A stretch of 64,000 nucleotides of DNA from Balanoglossus misakiensis. Its lineage: Eukaryota; Animalia; Hemichordata. Location: positions 1,803,124 through 1,867,123 of the forward strand of contig CM082586.2 of the NCBI GenBank assembly GCA_040954595.2. The letters run 5' to 3'. The notes under the pieces are model-generated. The model made no database searches. It worked only from the letters and a program-made list of their open reading frames with translations, and was not told the DNA's origin. Below, piece after piece: positions 1-12,924 of this stretch. Every line of letters begins with the position of its first letter. The first letter of the stretch is position 1. A program made the translations under genes and the position numbers.

Positions 1-532
1 CTCAGGCGCTTGTCAACCCATTGCTGTAGAGTAACCAAACAACAACTATATGACAATCTATCTGTTGCGTTGGTCAATGAAATCCAGAAAATTACGCGTG
101 TTTAAGATTTATGACGTACATTTGACATCAAAAGTGGTACGCAAATTCTTGACCAATAACATAGAAGGAAACCCTTTTTCTGTATGCATGTGCAATGGCG
201 ACGACTAACCTGTTTCATAATGGCATTTATCTTCAGACATTTGTTCTTTTCATCCTAGCATGAATAGAAACGAAAAATAGATGATTTATGAGAGAGAGAG
301 AAAGAGACAGAGAGACAGACAGACAGAGCGAAAGAGAGGTAGAGAGAGGACACATGTAGTCTCTTTCAAATAGATGGTGCACTCACAACGTCGACAATCT
401 TAACGATGGCCAAATCGATAAACACATCAACGACATCCATCCTGTTCTCCACAGGCCGAGAAAGGTGGTTGTATCCCGAAAGAAGTTGCTCCAAAAGATC
501 CGCCTCTTCGTCTGCCCCTGCTAACAATATCG
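1..532 (-). CDS. Nicotinic acetylcholine receptor-like (Cys-loop LGIC) subunit, paralog 1; N-terminal exons only, gene continues beyond the left edge
   Basis: Minus-strand exons 387-532 (ILLAGADEEADLLEQLLSGYNHLSRPVENRMDVVDVFIDLAIVKIVDV), 210-254 (DEKNKCLKINAIMKQ) and <1-23 (QWVDKRL) with GT-AG sites. Exon sizes (146 and 45 nt) and sequence match the adjacent paralog. The signal-peptide exon was not located. Confidence 0.85.
289..350. repeat. (GA)n/(GACA)n purine-rich microsatellite in an intron
   Basis: gagagagagagaaagagacagagagacagacagacagagcg... read directly. Confidence 0.85.
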
Positions 533-1567
533 CTGCCAATTGAAAAGATAAAATCCTTTTTTTCTAGTTTGTTTCACATGTTAGAGTTTTATTGTCTGAA
601 AGCTGATGTAATGGTGATTGATACATTCCTAAAATAGCACTAAATATTCTCGAAATAGAAATACTGTATAGAAAATAAGACCAGTAACTATGATCTGAAG
701 TCGTCATGTATGTATTGCTAACACAACATCTTTTATACATACATGTACCTCAAATTTATATAAAAATAATAATCATTCCCTCAATTCCACAACTATAACT
801 TTGTAACTTACCAATGTTTTTGATTTATGGACATTATATAAGAGAAACAAACCGAGAGGTAACGGTCAGTTTCACACATTTATATAAACATGTTCATGCA
901 AGGGACACGTTAGGCAACATCAATTTGAAATATTTCCCTGATAAATAATTCACTGTATTGTGATGAACAAACCTGTACTCATCCAAATTAAACTCAGGAT
1001 TCCCTTTCTTGTCCTCATTTCGGTCCTGCAGTAATTTCACCAACACATAGAGTTGTTCCTCGTCGCACACGGACGATCCACTCTTGGGACAGTCAGTGTA
1101 ATGAATGCCCTTCACCTGACTCGGGTGAACTAATTCACTGTCGCTGATGGCTGTTCTGATACCAGCCACACCCCACCGGTAACGTTGATATGCATGGCTG
1201 ATGTGTCCAGGTTACTTTGGTTTCGTTGTCAGTGATGAAGCGTGGGGAGATTGTAATTAAGTATTGGGAATTGTAAAGTGAATTTATTGACAGCAAGTAT
1301 TATGTGAATAGAATGCAGATGTACGACAGTATATGTATACAATAATAGTGGCCATATGGCAAACTGCAATAGTGCAAGCTATCTTCGTTTAGTCAAGTAA
1401 ACATATGCATATTTCCCCTTATACATGAACTTGTATATTGGACCTCTCTTTTTAAGGGATACTGGAGTTGTAGAGGATAATAATAATATAAGTGGGTCTA
1501 CATAACGAACGGTAAATTCATTTTGTCTTCTCTTGAAGAGTTCAGTCTTTGTCCAAAACACATTTGT

Positions 1568-4127
1568 TTACCGATGGAAATGACCAAACGCAGATACAGC
1601 CACAACCCACGCCACACTGACGAGAAATACCAGCAGATAAATGACGAAGAGAATTCGATCCAAGGTTCTGACGACTCGATCCCATTCATCTTGGCTACGG
1701 CCATTCACTTGCTGTTGGGAAAAGTCGAGGAAAAATGGAATTATGTAATATGACCGTGAAAACAAACTAAACTTTTGATAGAGTACTTTTTATTTCGAAA
1801 TTCGTTCGATTAGACCACAATATCGGGTATCAATCAGATTTCCAGCCAAACAGCCCAAGCATTTGTTTTCATTTCGTGATTTGGTCGAAAGGTTGTCTAT
1901 GCTTTAACTCGGCAACGGTGATACTTTAGGAACATACCTCATCTTCAGCATGGCTAGTACGTCTACGAAATTCCCCATCTTCTTTCCCACAGTTGCAACG
2001 GTTGTTCGTCTTCCAAGTCTTCGGTGAATTTTGGTCCGTGTCACCTTCATCCAACACAGCGCCCCTGTTTTCGTAAACATTCCCCGAGGTACCACCTACG
2101 TTTCCCATCTCAACGTCTCTCTCTGTCAGGCGTTGTCGGTGCCGTCGATCGTCGCGGGCCGTCCCGGATCTGACGAACAAGATTTTCCGGATCCAGGGGC
2201 TTGGTGGTTTTCCCGATGCCCCCTTTCTCTGTAGGTTTATCATGACGACGGATAAGACCAGAGCAGATGCCGTCACGCCCATGTCCAGGATAAGCAACTT
2301 GCTCAGAAGCGAACCGGTGTTAGAGTTTGTCGGAATGAGGTCGCCAACGAGGAGTTGAAACACACTCAGGGTGACCAGGAGAGTCACCGCAAAACTGATC
2401 CTTTCGCCGCAATCCGGTGGAAGCCAAAACACACACAATGTCAGCAGAGACATTATTGTGCTCGGAAAGAGGATATTCATCAAATAATACAGAGGAACTC
2501 TCTCCAAATTCAAGCTGAAATATGCAGTGTATACCACACCGAGATCAATATACGCTGATTTCTCGGCAACTGCGCTTGATATAGCGCTTACTGTCCACTC
2601 GAAGTTTTCAAACTGGACAATGTCTTCTACACTCACGTTATTTCTCACATTCAGGCGAAGTTCGTTGTCATAGTACATGGTGGACGAGAAGACTAAGACG
2701 CAGGACTGTCGGTCGAAAGGGAAATACTCCATGTCCAAGTAGCAGTGACTTTCAAACTGGGAAATAGTCATGGATATGACTGTGCCGTTGGGATAGACGT
2801 GGTATTGGGGCGGTGGTGGAGGTACCACCCTTCCGTCAAACCTGTCAAAGTAACCACACGACCATATTTGTAACTACCGATTTACAAGCGTTTCAGCGTT
2901 GTATATACTAGTATATGCGACGGTTCAACAAGATATAAGCTTTGACAACTTGATGATCATCGAACGGCGTTCGTGAGTTATAGGTCTACCTACGCATTTC
3001 TCAGAAAGATCCGTGGGAACCAGAGCAGACCAGCTGGTACCAATAACTTGTCCACGCCACTGTAGTTCGATGGGTTCCAAGTAAGACGACTGTCCAACCA
3101 ATGCTGAAGAAAAAACACAGGCAAATACAGAATGACATCTCCGCTGTCGTGTGGAAAGGGGTTATGCTATGTGGTTATCTCTGAATCTGACTCACCTGTT
3201 TCATCATACCATTTGCTTTCATGTACTTGTTCTTTTCATCCTAGAATATATTATCGTAAAGACATAAAATTACTCATCTTTATCATAGCCAGTGTTTGTG
3301 TCTACATAGGCAAATCACAGTTACGTGTATCCTAGTGATGGAAAGGAGAGAAACTAGTATATTTCATAGTCAGAATTGACGCAGCGCCATGTCTACTTAC
3401 AATGTCAACAATCTTGACGATCAACAAATCAATAAAGACGTCGACTGCATGTGATCTGTTCTCAACGGGACGGGACAGACTGTTGTATCCCGAGAGAAGA
3501 TCCGCCAAAAGCACCGCTTCATCGTCTGCTTCAACCAAATTGAGCGCTGAAAATCATAAAATATAACATTTCATCCATATTTTAATTATATCGTCTTTTG
3601 CATGATTTGCGACAGAGACACCGAAACTGGGTCGTATTCTGACAACGCAATTGTTAATGGTGATAGACTAGCATTTATATATTCGTAAAGTGACAACACG
3701 TAGTTCTAAAAATATAAAAAACCGGATGGTCAAATGACCAGCAGAAACGACGAGTTGTAAATGAGAAATGTTGCTGATAAATAAAGCCAGTGTACAAGAA
3801 GGAAAGCTATGCATTTTATATAAACTCTTTTGATATAGCAAATAAATTGTCAATGCTGAAGAGAATAACATGGAGATTATGAGGTACAAAAAATACTGAA
3901 TATCATATTTTATTAATGATAGAAAAATCTCGGCGGACGAAGACAAGGTACAGACTAAAAGGGATTCAACCAGATAGATTATTGTCTTGTTAGCTAGGCA
4001 ACGACACATTCAGGAATAAAACTAGCTAGTACTATGTAATATTGTGTTCAAGGTTAATGAGTGCAAAATTGTTCACCTCACCTGTACTCAGCGCGAAGAG
4101 AAGCAAGCATCCTTGTGAAGCGATCAT
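1568..4127 (-). CDS. Nicotinic acetylcholine receptor-like (Cys-loop LGIC) subunit, non-alpha and divergent, paralog 2; complete six-exon model
   Basis: Exons 4082-4127 (signal peptide MIASQGCLLLFALST), 3401-3546 (LLSGYNSLSRPV), 3196-3240 (DEKNKY), 2994-3103 (WLDSRLTWNP..WFPRIFLRN), 1938-2841 (Cys-loop CYLDMEYFPFDRQSC, M1-M3 including PPDCGERISFAVTLL) and 1568-1711 (EWDRVVRTLDRILF, M4, TAA). Splice phases are consistent. Confidence 0.92.
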
Positions 4128-5118
4128 TTTCGAGCGAATGCTGAAATATATTCTACGCCGACACCGTGTTGACATGGGATGATGTATGTGCCAATAACCG
4201 TCGGGTGATCAAATTACTGTTATAAACCAAACACACCGACTGTTTCATAAGAGGATTATTCCCATTACTGTAAATGGACACGCCCGTATATTTTTAATAA
4301 GCAGATGAACTTAATTTTGTGACTGACGTAGAAGGGTGTCATGTCACACAACGAAATGCAATCGAGCGTACCGAGGATATTGACAATTCAACTAATTGCC
4401 CAGTTGATCAGTAAATTACCTTGGCGTAATGTCTTTCTCTTGCTCCTTGTACTAAATTCACGTACGTATAAACCGCTATTGTCTTTGCGTACACACCGTC
4501 TTATATTTCAAACTGAAATAAATCGTCTGTCCACAAACGAACTGTCAAACGTGATGGACGTGAAATTAATTGAACATCATTTTCAAATTGAATGCCAAAG
4601 GCTGAGTCTATTATTATAAAAACCTGTCATGCGCAAAAATAGATAATGTTGCTTGTCACATGAGAATCTTCACTTCGGAAATTGCATCTTAATCAATTAT
4701 CGGTTCTCATACGAGACTTGATGACACAGCTCCTAATACATGAACTTCATTTGATACATGTACTAGGACAGTGGAAAAACGACAAAAATACAAGTATTTC
4801 GTGGGATCATACTTTATTTGTAAATCTGACTTTCACCTTCAGTGAAAATGACATTTCCAGGTTGTGCGATAATTCGAAATATACAAGAACCATTTTCTGT
4901 ACTTTGTATCAAAACTCGTATGTTTAGTGGCTTTCGTTTTCACAAAAAGACCCCTGAGGGCGCCAGTGATTGCATCTGCACTTTTGGACTAAAAATTGAA
5001 CAACTTGAGAAAGGCAAACGTGGGTGTTGTACTTTACAAATTTATTTCCGGCCACAGTTAAAGGGAAAATAGAAACTTTCATAAAAAAGACCAAAAAATA
5101 AACGAAAATTCGACTGTA

Positions 5119-7984
5119 TTACAACTCGTCATGGCTGCCGCGCTCAGTTACAAAAGAATAAAGAGCATCCAGATCTCTTGCTTTGTTGTAGTTTTCTACT
5201 TTTTCTCCGTTGTTGAACAAAATCAGAGTTGGGTAGCCTCGTACCTGTAAAACATCCATAAAATAGTTGGTAAATGCATAAGGTAACAATATGATGATTT
5301 CATATTTTTAGGATAATTGTAATCATTTTATGATCTATGAAGTTTGGGTTATCTTACCTCATTCTTCTTGCATACATCCCTGTCCACTGTACAGTCAACC
5401 TTGGCGATCTTGATGTTGGCTTTGTCTTCTACTTTGATTGACAGCTCATCCCAAGTTGGAGCTAGACGCTTACAGTGACCGCACCTGAAACCAGAAAAAT
5501 GTCAGTAAATTACGAATAATTCTGCCTTAATTAAATGATCACAACAACTGTAGTGAATACTTTTTTTTTAAATGATAAAAGACACTCACCATGGAGCGTA
5601 GAATTTCACAAAGGAAAGACCAGTAGCAATTCCATCATCAAAGGTGTCAGCACCCAGAGTTACAACCTGCAGCAGAAAGGAGGAAAAGGTGCATTGAATT
5701 ACATGTCAACCACAAGATATGAGCATCTATGACAGTCACAGTGTTTTGTTCAGAGCAGCACTTACTCCAGTAAACATTACCAGTGGAAGTAATATTCAAT
5801 CCTACCTTGGTGGGTCTTTCTTCTTCTTGCTTGGCTGGTTCCACTTTCTTCTCAGCTTTCTTTTCAGGGGCCACCTTCACCGGTTCCTCTGCCTTCTTAT
5901 CTCCCTCGCCAGAAGCCATCGTCTTGACGTAGTTCTTGAGCGAGTCCAGATCGCGGGGGCCACTGTATTTGTCGACTTTCTTGCCATCGCGGATAAACAG
6001 CAGAGTTGGATATCCTCTAACTTCAAAGTCATCACAGACACTTCTGTCTTCTGTGCAGTCAACCTGTCCACACACAGAAAATGACAAATGAGAACCCTTT
6101 CACCCCCTTTTTCTTCTGTAAAGGTCAGCTTTATCAATGAAAACAATAGATCTGGACCAAACCATGGTGGTGGAAGGGTGAAACAACGGCCACTCACCTT
6201 GTTGATTGTGATGGTTTTGTCGGCTTCCAGCTCCTTAGCCAGATCTTCCCAAGTGGGTGCCAGACGCTTGCAGTGGCCGCACCATGGGGCAAAGAACTTG
6301 ACAAAATGACTGCCCTTTTCAACATGGCTCTTGAAGTTGCCAGCGTTCAACTCGTACAGTCCATTCTTGGCTTCTGCCGCTGCTGTGTCCACTGGTTTGG
6401 CTTCCTCCTGAAATATATTTTGTCAAAAATCTCAAAACGGCACCTAATATAACGGTAATGATCTTCAATAAGTGACTGTGACTCAACCGTACAAACCCAG
6501 CATTAGAAATGTTTCTCAGTTGTACATCAGTCAAACACCACACACACACACTTACTTTCAAGGAGGGATCCAAAGTCTCTCTAATAAATTTCTCCAAGGC
6601 ATCTTTGTCGCGTTTACCAGCGTATTTCTCTGCATCTTTCCCTGGCTGGAAAAATTTCAATCTGTAAAAGAGTCGCTTAAATCATTATTCATGATGAAGC
6701 AAGATTTCTGCTGCATAAAAGTTAGATAGTAGTAATTCACCTTAGGGATATGAATGAATGAATGAAGAACTTACGTTGGATAACCTTTGATGCCCTCCTC
6801 TGCACACACTGCAGTTTCTGCTGTACAGTCCACCTGAAAGATAGAAAAATTGTAGATGCATGAAATGCTCCTCACACCCTGACCCTCGTTCACAATAAAC
6901 AAGTAAAGAGGTCCCAAACTTCAAGCAGGGCGATACCACACATTGTAGCAGAGGGGTGACTGGGTAGAAATAGAACTCTGTACCTTGGCTATCTTGACTT
7001 CACTTTCTTCATCATTGTTGTACTTCTCAGCCAGTTCATTCCAAGTTGGTTGAAGACGCTTGCAGTGACCACACCTAAGGAAAAAATTGATGGCGTAAAA
7101 AATATTGCTGTATACTATAAATTTAAATGTCCTATTCTAAATGTGAAGTCAACAAAGTAGAATCAAATGAATAGATTTTATGTGAGTTGTGATATAAAAC
7201 TTTGATTTCACTCATTGGTAGTTCACCACAAAATCAAAGGTTTTTTCAAAGCTTTGTTAAAAATGTATAATATCAACCATGTTTGGACACGTTTAGCTTA
7301 GAATATACATTCAATTCTAAGAACATGACACATGTGTGTACTTAGTGTATGTACAATGTACATATGTACAAACGTTTCTATATGAACATCGTGTACATTG
7401 GAGGGGATTGGTTTTCAGCATTTTCCACATCCCGGGTTTGGGATGATGTGGGTGTTTAATTAAAGTCTGCCCGCATTGACATTCAAATTTCAGGGTCGAG
7501 GTATTATTACGTCGCACGTCGCCGGCGACCCATACATGACTGCCACGTCGACTAGAGACGATGCACCGATTGCACGCCGAAACTCAAAGTTTAATTGTAA
7601 TGACACCGATCTATGAAGGTTAAACGTTTAATTTTGAAAAACCATCACCCATATGACTTCTTATCGGAGCTATGATTTGCGCGCTGGACTTTAATCCGGT
7701 AATGTCTGATTAAATCGTTTCATAATGTATTGTACATGTCATGATTCTATTGGCCTATTTGGTGTACACAAAAATACAGGAAACTAACTCCACTGTCAAA
7801 CTTACCAGGGAGCGAAAAACATGATAAAGTGTGGGTCCTCTTTCACGGCGTTCTGGAACATTTCCGCGGTGTACACGTGTTTCTGCTCGTCATCGTCACA
7901 GCAGACGAAGGACATCGAGAATAGCAGACAACCGGCTAGAATCACGAACAAGTTGCAGACACCAACTTTCCCCATGGCTGCCAT
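5119..7984 (-). CDS. TXNDC5: Thioredoxin domain-containing protein 5 (ERp46/endoPDI), PDI family
   Basis: Nine exons: 7806-7984, 6984-7074, 6775-6833, 6556-6661, 6198-6407, 5806-6063, 5590-5666, 5358-5484, 5119-5244. Signal peptide, three F(F/Y)[10 protein letters not shown] thioredoxin domains with GYPT motifs, C-terminal HDEL-stop ER-retention signal. Confidence 0.95.
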
Positions 7985-8149
7985 GTTGAAAAGGACAATT
8001 GTGAGTGTGTAGATTCTTTCCTCCAGTGCGTCCGGGTTGGCGTGTTAGGATTTAGTGATGTATTTCCAACAACTCTGAACTTATACAGTAACCAGGTATT
8101 AAACATTACTAGGGTGGGTGTAGTAACAAGGATATCATTTAGAAATGCA

Positions 8150-8360
8150 CGAAAACGTCATCTTCTCGTCAAAGCCAATACAAAGCACAAATAACGAATA
8201 ATGATAAACTAGGGAAAAAAAACATGTATGCGCATTATCTGCCTTGACCAGTATATTCAAATATTACTGTTTTTATCTATTTCGGTCTTCACTACCTCCC
8301 CTTTTGATAAATGGTACGACCGTCGCGTGTTTGGTATCTGTTGATATCGTCCACGTGGAC
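8150..8360 (-). promoter_or_regulatory. Putative TXNDC5 promoter with UPR-type bZIP motifs
   Basis: GATGACGT on the minus strand at 8155-8162, CCAAT near 8175 and the palindrome GTCCACGTGGAC at 8349-8360, all upstream of the ATG. Motif match only. Confidence 0.35.
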
Positions 8361-9057
8361 CCAGTTTCCAATTAATTCATAATTATGTACTTCCTGTAAA
8401 TAATTAGGGCTAATGCATAAAGAGGATCGTTGATTGATTTTTTGGAGGGTGGGAGTTTAAAATTTGTGTGAAAAAGCGGAAGAGATGCCATTACTGACTT
8501 ACATGAAATTATATTTCATACTCGGTCTCTCAATTTTTTCAATGATGAAAATCTAATTTTCATTAACATATACATTTGTCATTGTTCATTCGGATACTGA
8601 TAATTTACAGATGGCCATCTGTTAAAGAATTCCGAACATATGGTAGGACTAGGCCTATTGTATGGTAACTATGTATCTCATCGAGCTGTTCACATCTGCT
8701 GTATTCAATGAGCAAATACCAGTACAGTCGGTGTAATCATACATCAGTACATGTAGTTATGTAAACAGTGTGCGTTTTTTATTTTACAATTTTCATTTAT
8801 ATTTGTCAACGATTTTTGAATTATTGAAGTGTGACTTAAAACTATCATTGCTCTTATAACATGAGCTTAGATATGAGTTACTTGCTTTCAGAAGTTAAAC
8901 AGGTAAACGTTTGATGTCATAATTTCTATGTGCAATAATGATGCTTAGTCGCATACAAAAGTAGAATTATTAAATTCATGAGTGGAGCTACAGCCATTCC
9001 AATTGGCGTTGTCTTTTCTTATGGCAAATGTTACAACTGCCTATCTCTGCAGGTCCT

Positions 9058-10283
9058 TTAGCGCCCCAATAACGTGACGTCGAAGGAAACACATAGCATC
9101 AGCTGATGTTTACCGTTGAGAAATCGCATGTTTCCGTGGTAACGTCCCTGAAAAGGATGAGTAAAAAATTGAAATTAGTGAGTGATGAAGCAATGTCGAT
9201 TTGTACACACACTTACAGACTCACATGTTTAGCAGGCGAATTTGAATCAAGTCTCGCAGTTTATACGTAGTTACCTACCTCCTTAATGTACCTTCTGTGC
9301 TTTGGTATTGTCCCAGTGTAGCTGAAATCAAGTTTTTCTGGAAACAAATAACAGTGAATAACGATCAAGATACATTAATTAATAAATGATGTGACAAACA
9401 GCGCCCTCTCGAAGACTCGTGTTCTCAACAAATCCTAGATAGTCTTGTCCTTACCTCCTTCCTCAATGTCACATGTCTTTTCGCGATATTTTGCCGGCAG
9501 AAATTTGCAGAAAGGAAGACTGTTGAAATATGGAAATAATCGTTCTCCGTCCCGGTACACCTCGGGCTCAACGTGGCCTGTTCCATACATGTGATGAACT
9601 GTAATGATATTAAAATTGTGTTAGAAAAAAGTGGTATGATAAAAAATTTAGTGTAATATAGATGAGGGTATGTCCAGCACAAAAAGAACCGTCTCTTTGC
9701 TAAATATCGATATCTCCGATTTTAACACAAAAAGCTTGGCATGTGTTTACTCCGCCATATACATGCGATATTATATTTATTGTCCTTGATATAAAATACT
9801 CTGTCCTTACTTGCAGTGGCCTGGAATCTACCAGTGTACTTGTTACCGATAATTAAAGGACCACTTGGTTCCCAGGTCACCGATAGGTCACTCGCGGCCG
9901 GTCCTGGTTTCAATGCAAAAATTAACAAACATGAATGACAGCACAATATACATTTTTCGTTGTTGTTAAAGATTGGTCTCATCAACCTGGTTTTGATATC
10001 CTTCCCAAACGGTTTACTCACCACAATTTTCAATCACGCTTTCTCTTGCACCGAGTGCGTTCGCCTGGAGAAGTCCGGGCTTTGCCCTGTGACCGAACAT
10101 TATCGACGCGGTAGCGTTGGCCTCGCTGAACACCTCCTCCATATCCGGCAACTCGAAGGCGAAACCGTCGCCGAAGACACTCAGCCAGGACTCCATGTCA
10201 ATCTTTCCTTTAGACACGGCGTCTCCGCGACCTAGGAGCCCGAGTCCAACCAGAAGGAGAAAGGCAGACGGAAAGTTCTCCAT
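9058..10283 (-). CDS. Secreted ML-domain (MD-2-related lipid recognition; MD-1/LY86-, MD-2- or NPC2-like) protein, five coding exons
   Basis: Exons 10022-10283 (signal peptide MENFPSAFLLLVGLGLLG..ENC), 9811-9903 (GPAASDLSVTWEPSGPLIIGNKYTGRFQATA), 9455-9598 (..FNSLPFCKFLPAKYREKTCDIEEG), 9279-9337 (EKLDFSYTGTIPKHRRYIKE), 9058-9147 (GRYHGNMRFLNGKHQLMLCVSFDVTLLGR*). All GT-AG and in phase. Cys spacing and the G-x-Y...C-V-x-F-x-V ending are typical of ML domains. Confidence 0.8.
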
Positions 10284-10630
10284 TTTCTGTCACGTGTTTG
10301 GTCCGAGTCTTGGGTGAAGCGTGGTGTTTCCACTCCGTTCCTGGTTTAAGCTTACTGCTATCGAACGAAATACGGAAGAAAAAATATGAAAATCGGTGCA
10401 GATGACTTTATATACATCTCCTAGCTACAGAAACCTCGATTTTATATACATTCACACGTCACAAAGCTTCTGAAGCTTACCTGAACTTCAGGCTAGACTT
10501 TTTTGCGGTTTGTCAGAACTCGGATAGGAGACAGTTTTCGTGTCCAAATCTAGGAGTAATCGTTCCCGCAACCGCCTAAGATCTGACTGTGTAGTTCCTC
10601 GAGAATGACGCAAACGGAAGGGAAAATCGG

Positions 10631-10721
10631 TTATATATGCGGGGGAATTTTCCAATCTAGAAATAGTTCTGAAGTTTGGTTATTGTTGTCATGTGTGCAA
10701 TGACTTCCCCTTTTCACTTCC
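10631..10721 (-). promoter_or_regulatory. Immune-type promoter of the ML gene: TATA, NF-kB site and Ets-IRF composite element
   Basis: TATATAA on the minus strand at 10631-10637; GGGGGAATTTTCC at 10641-10653 (kB-like, GGGAATTTTCC core); GGAAGTGAAA on the minus strand at 10712-10721 (GGAAnnGAAA); GGGGAAGT at 10703-10710. Confidence 0.55.
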
Positions 10722-11719
10722 TTGTTTCAATACTCCGTTGACGCACTCTTTGTGGTGAGAATTAAGCTAGATTTATTATCAATGTCACGTGTACATTTAA
10801 ACGAAGCATTGCTGAGTTGTCTAGGTCACCCCAGACCGTAACGCCGGCCATCAGGTGTAACAACGACTCTAAACAAGTGACTGTGCTCCTATAAAGTTGA
10901 AAATCTAAATCCGGGGTTATAAAATGGCCGCCCATTGTCAAGGACGCCCTCTACGCAATAAAGGTGCTGATCGTATACTAGTCGCCAAGAATTACATTCT
11001 TCGATACGTGGATGTTGACCCGAACGGCTCTGCCACTTAACTCCTGCTCGGGTGTTTTGAATAATCCATGGCTGAAAGCTTTAAATTCCTTGCATCATAC
11101 AACAGTAAATCATTCGGCCGATATCGAGCGCAGCGAGCCCGGCCCTGTCAAACGTAAATGCCTGCGCTGTGTCAAAAGTAAGTTTTGTTGAACTGTGTTG
11201 TCATATCCGCCGATACGGTCTTCATCAAGTCCTTCCAAGTGTTCATCGGTTTGACGTCCGGGGGCAAAGCTTTTAGGGGACTTGCTTTCAACCTGTACTG
11301 TCGCATAACTTTGACCGTCGTTTGGTTTTGACCTTTGTCCACCTTTCATCTTCCAGTCGAAAATATTTCCCCTCAAAAGGAAGACTGTATTTCCTAACTG
11401 TGGTATATTGTTCTGTTATTTCGATTTGCGGAAATTCTTTGGTTTCCATTATTGCTCTCAACTTTGCATCGGTGCTCGCTAAGTCAAATGACCTTCTAGG
11501 GTAACTGAAAAGCATTAGGGAGTTTATGTTTTGGGTGCAACGTAATATTGGAACATTTCGCACATTTAAACAAATACTTGTTTCAGTCATCTGTTCTCAC
11601 ACCGAGCGATTTATAGTTGTTTATGTTGGCTTTCGTGTTCACACACTCCTCCAACGAACGATTTTGATTCCCACGTCGAAAAATTCGACAGTGCAAGTGT
11701 CCGTCCGTCAATAACCACC

Positions 11720-11770
11720 ACCCATCCATCCATCCATCCATCCATCCAGGCAGCCAGCCAGCCAGCCATC
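11720..11770. repeat. (CCAT)n/(CCAG)n tetranucleotide microsatellite
   Basis: cccatccatccatccatccatccatccaggcagccagccagccagccatc. Confidence 0.85.
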
Positions 11771-12924
11771 TATACGTGTATTCGTTTTCTTCATTTCTTC
11801 TCAATCACATCACCTCATACTTTCACACTTCACAGTTAATGTCTTTCCCCTAGCCAGGTCCTCTCTGTCATCGCTTGCCCTCGCTGTCAGTACACGCCAG
11901 GAAGATATCCATCAAAGATGTGTCAAAGCGATCTGAGCGATAACTAACGCGATGTCCACTCTCGATCGATCCAATATGAGCTCGATTTGTTTCACAGGCC
12001 CACACTCAAGTTGTTTACTGTCGCCGAGAACGCCGAGAGAGAAAGTCCCCTTGTAAAATATCACGGCTTTGGACCACCAGGTTTGACGTAAGCTTCCCAC
12101 CTCTAGGGAAGGCATGAGTAGCTCATTAGTCATGACAAACCATGACAACAAGTTGTTGTGTTATGCTCACAGACATTACCTCTTCGAATGCCATGACTTT
12201 TGTCTCTGGGCTGGCTCTGGTTAAGAAAGATGTAAACTGTCTCCGTATCCCATCGCCTTAACAGCGGGCAACCTCTGGCCAATAATTGCCCACTGCATTC
12301 GTTTTAAACTGTGCACTCGGTTGCCCATTAATGACCCGCAGTTACGACATACTTGGGATAATTTTACCGTAGAAAAACGACATGGCGTGTCTGCGTGCAC
12401 TGGTTGCATACATGTGTGTTACACGCGTGTTGACGTGCACGCTTGTGTACACATTTTATTTTGATTTTTCATTTCGTGTTTTGTTTTTTCCGTGCATAGA
12501 ATTCGTCGAAGCGGAATGCAATGCGTCCGGCCCCTCTCAAGCGAGTGATAAATATCTTGTTCAAAACAGATATTAATTGATTCAAGACAGAAGCATACGA
12601 TATCGATCCTATCCGTGCAGATTCTTGCAGAACCCGATACCTCTTTAAATCATTGGCTGTTCAATCGCGCGTGACTCTCTGCAATTTTCCACCGCGCCAC
12701 GACGAGCCAATTTGGCCCGGGGCGCTCGGACTTACCCATTGTCGTCCATGCTTTTTATCGATACACCCAAGAGTTAACTTAAGTTCAATTTGATAAAACC
12801 AAATTGACAATTTTATCAATGCCTCTAATCAGATGATGAAAATAATGAAAGCCGAAGTTTTGGGGTTCTATATTAGCTTTAACACGCTGACCACATGTCG
12901 AGACCCCCGGGGAGTTGGTCATCC

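Noticed and set aside
1926-1937. Receptor ending at the ORF-track stop (..EDEVCS*) without M4
   Set aside because: A GAG|gtatgt donor at 1938 splices in phase to the M4 exon at 1568-1711.
3668-4009. 113-aa hydrophobic ORF
   Set aside because: It lies within AT-rich intron 1 of the receptor gene; compositional artefact.
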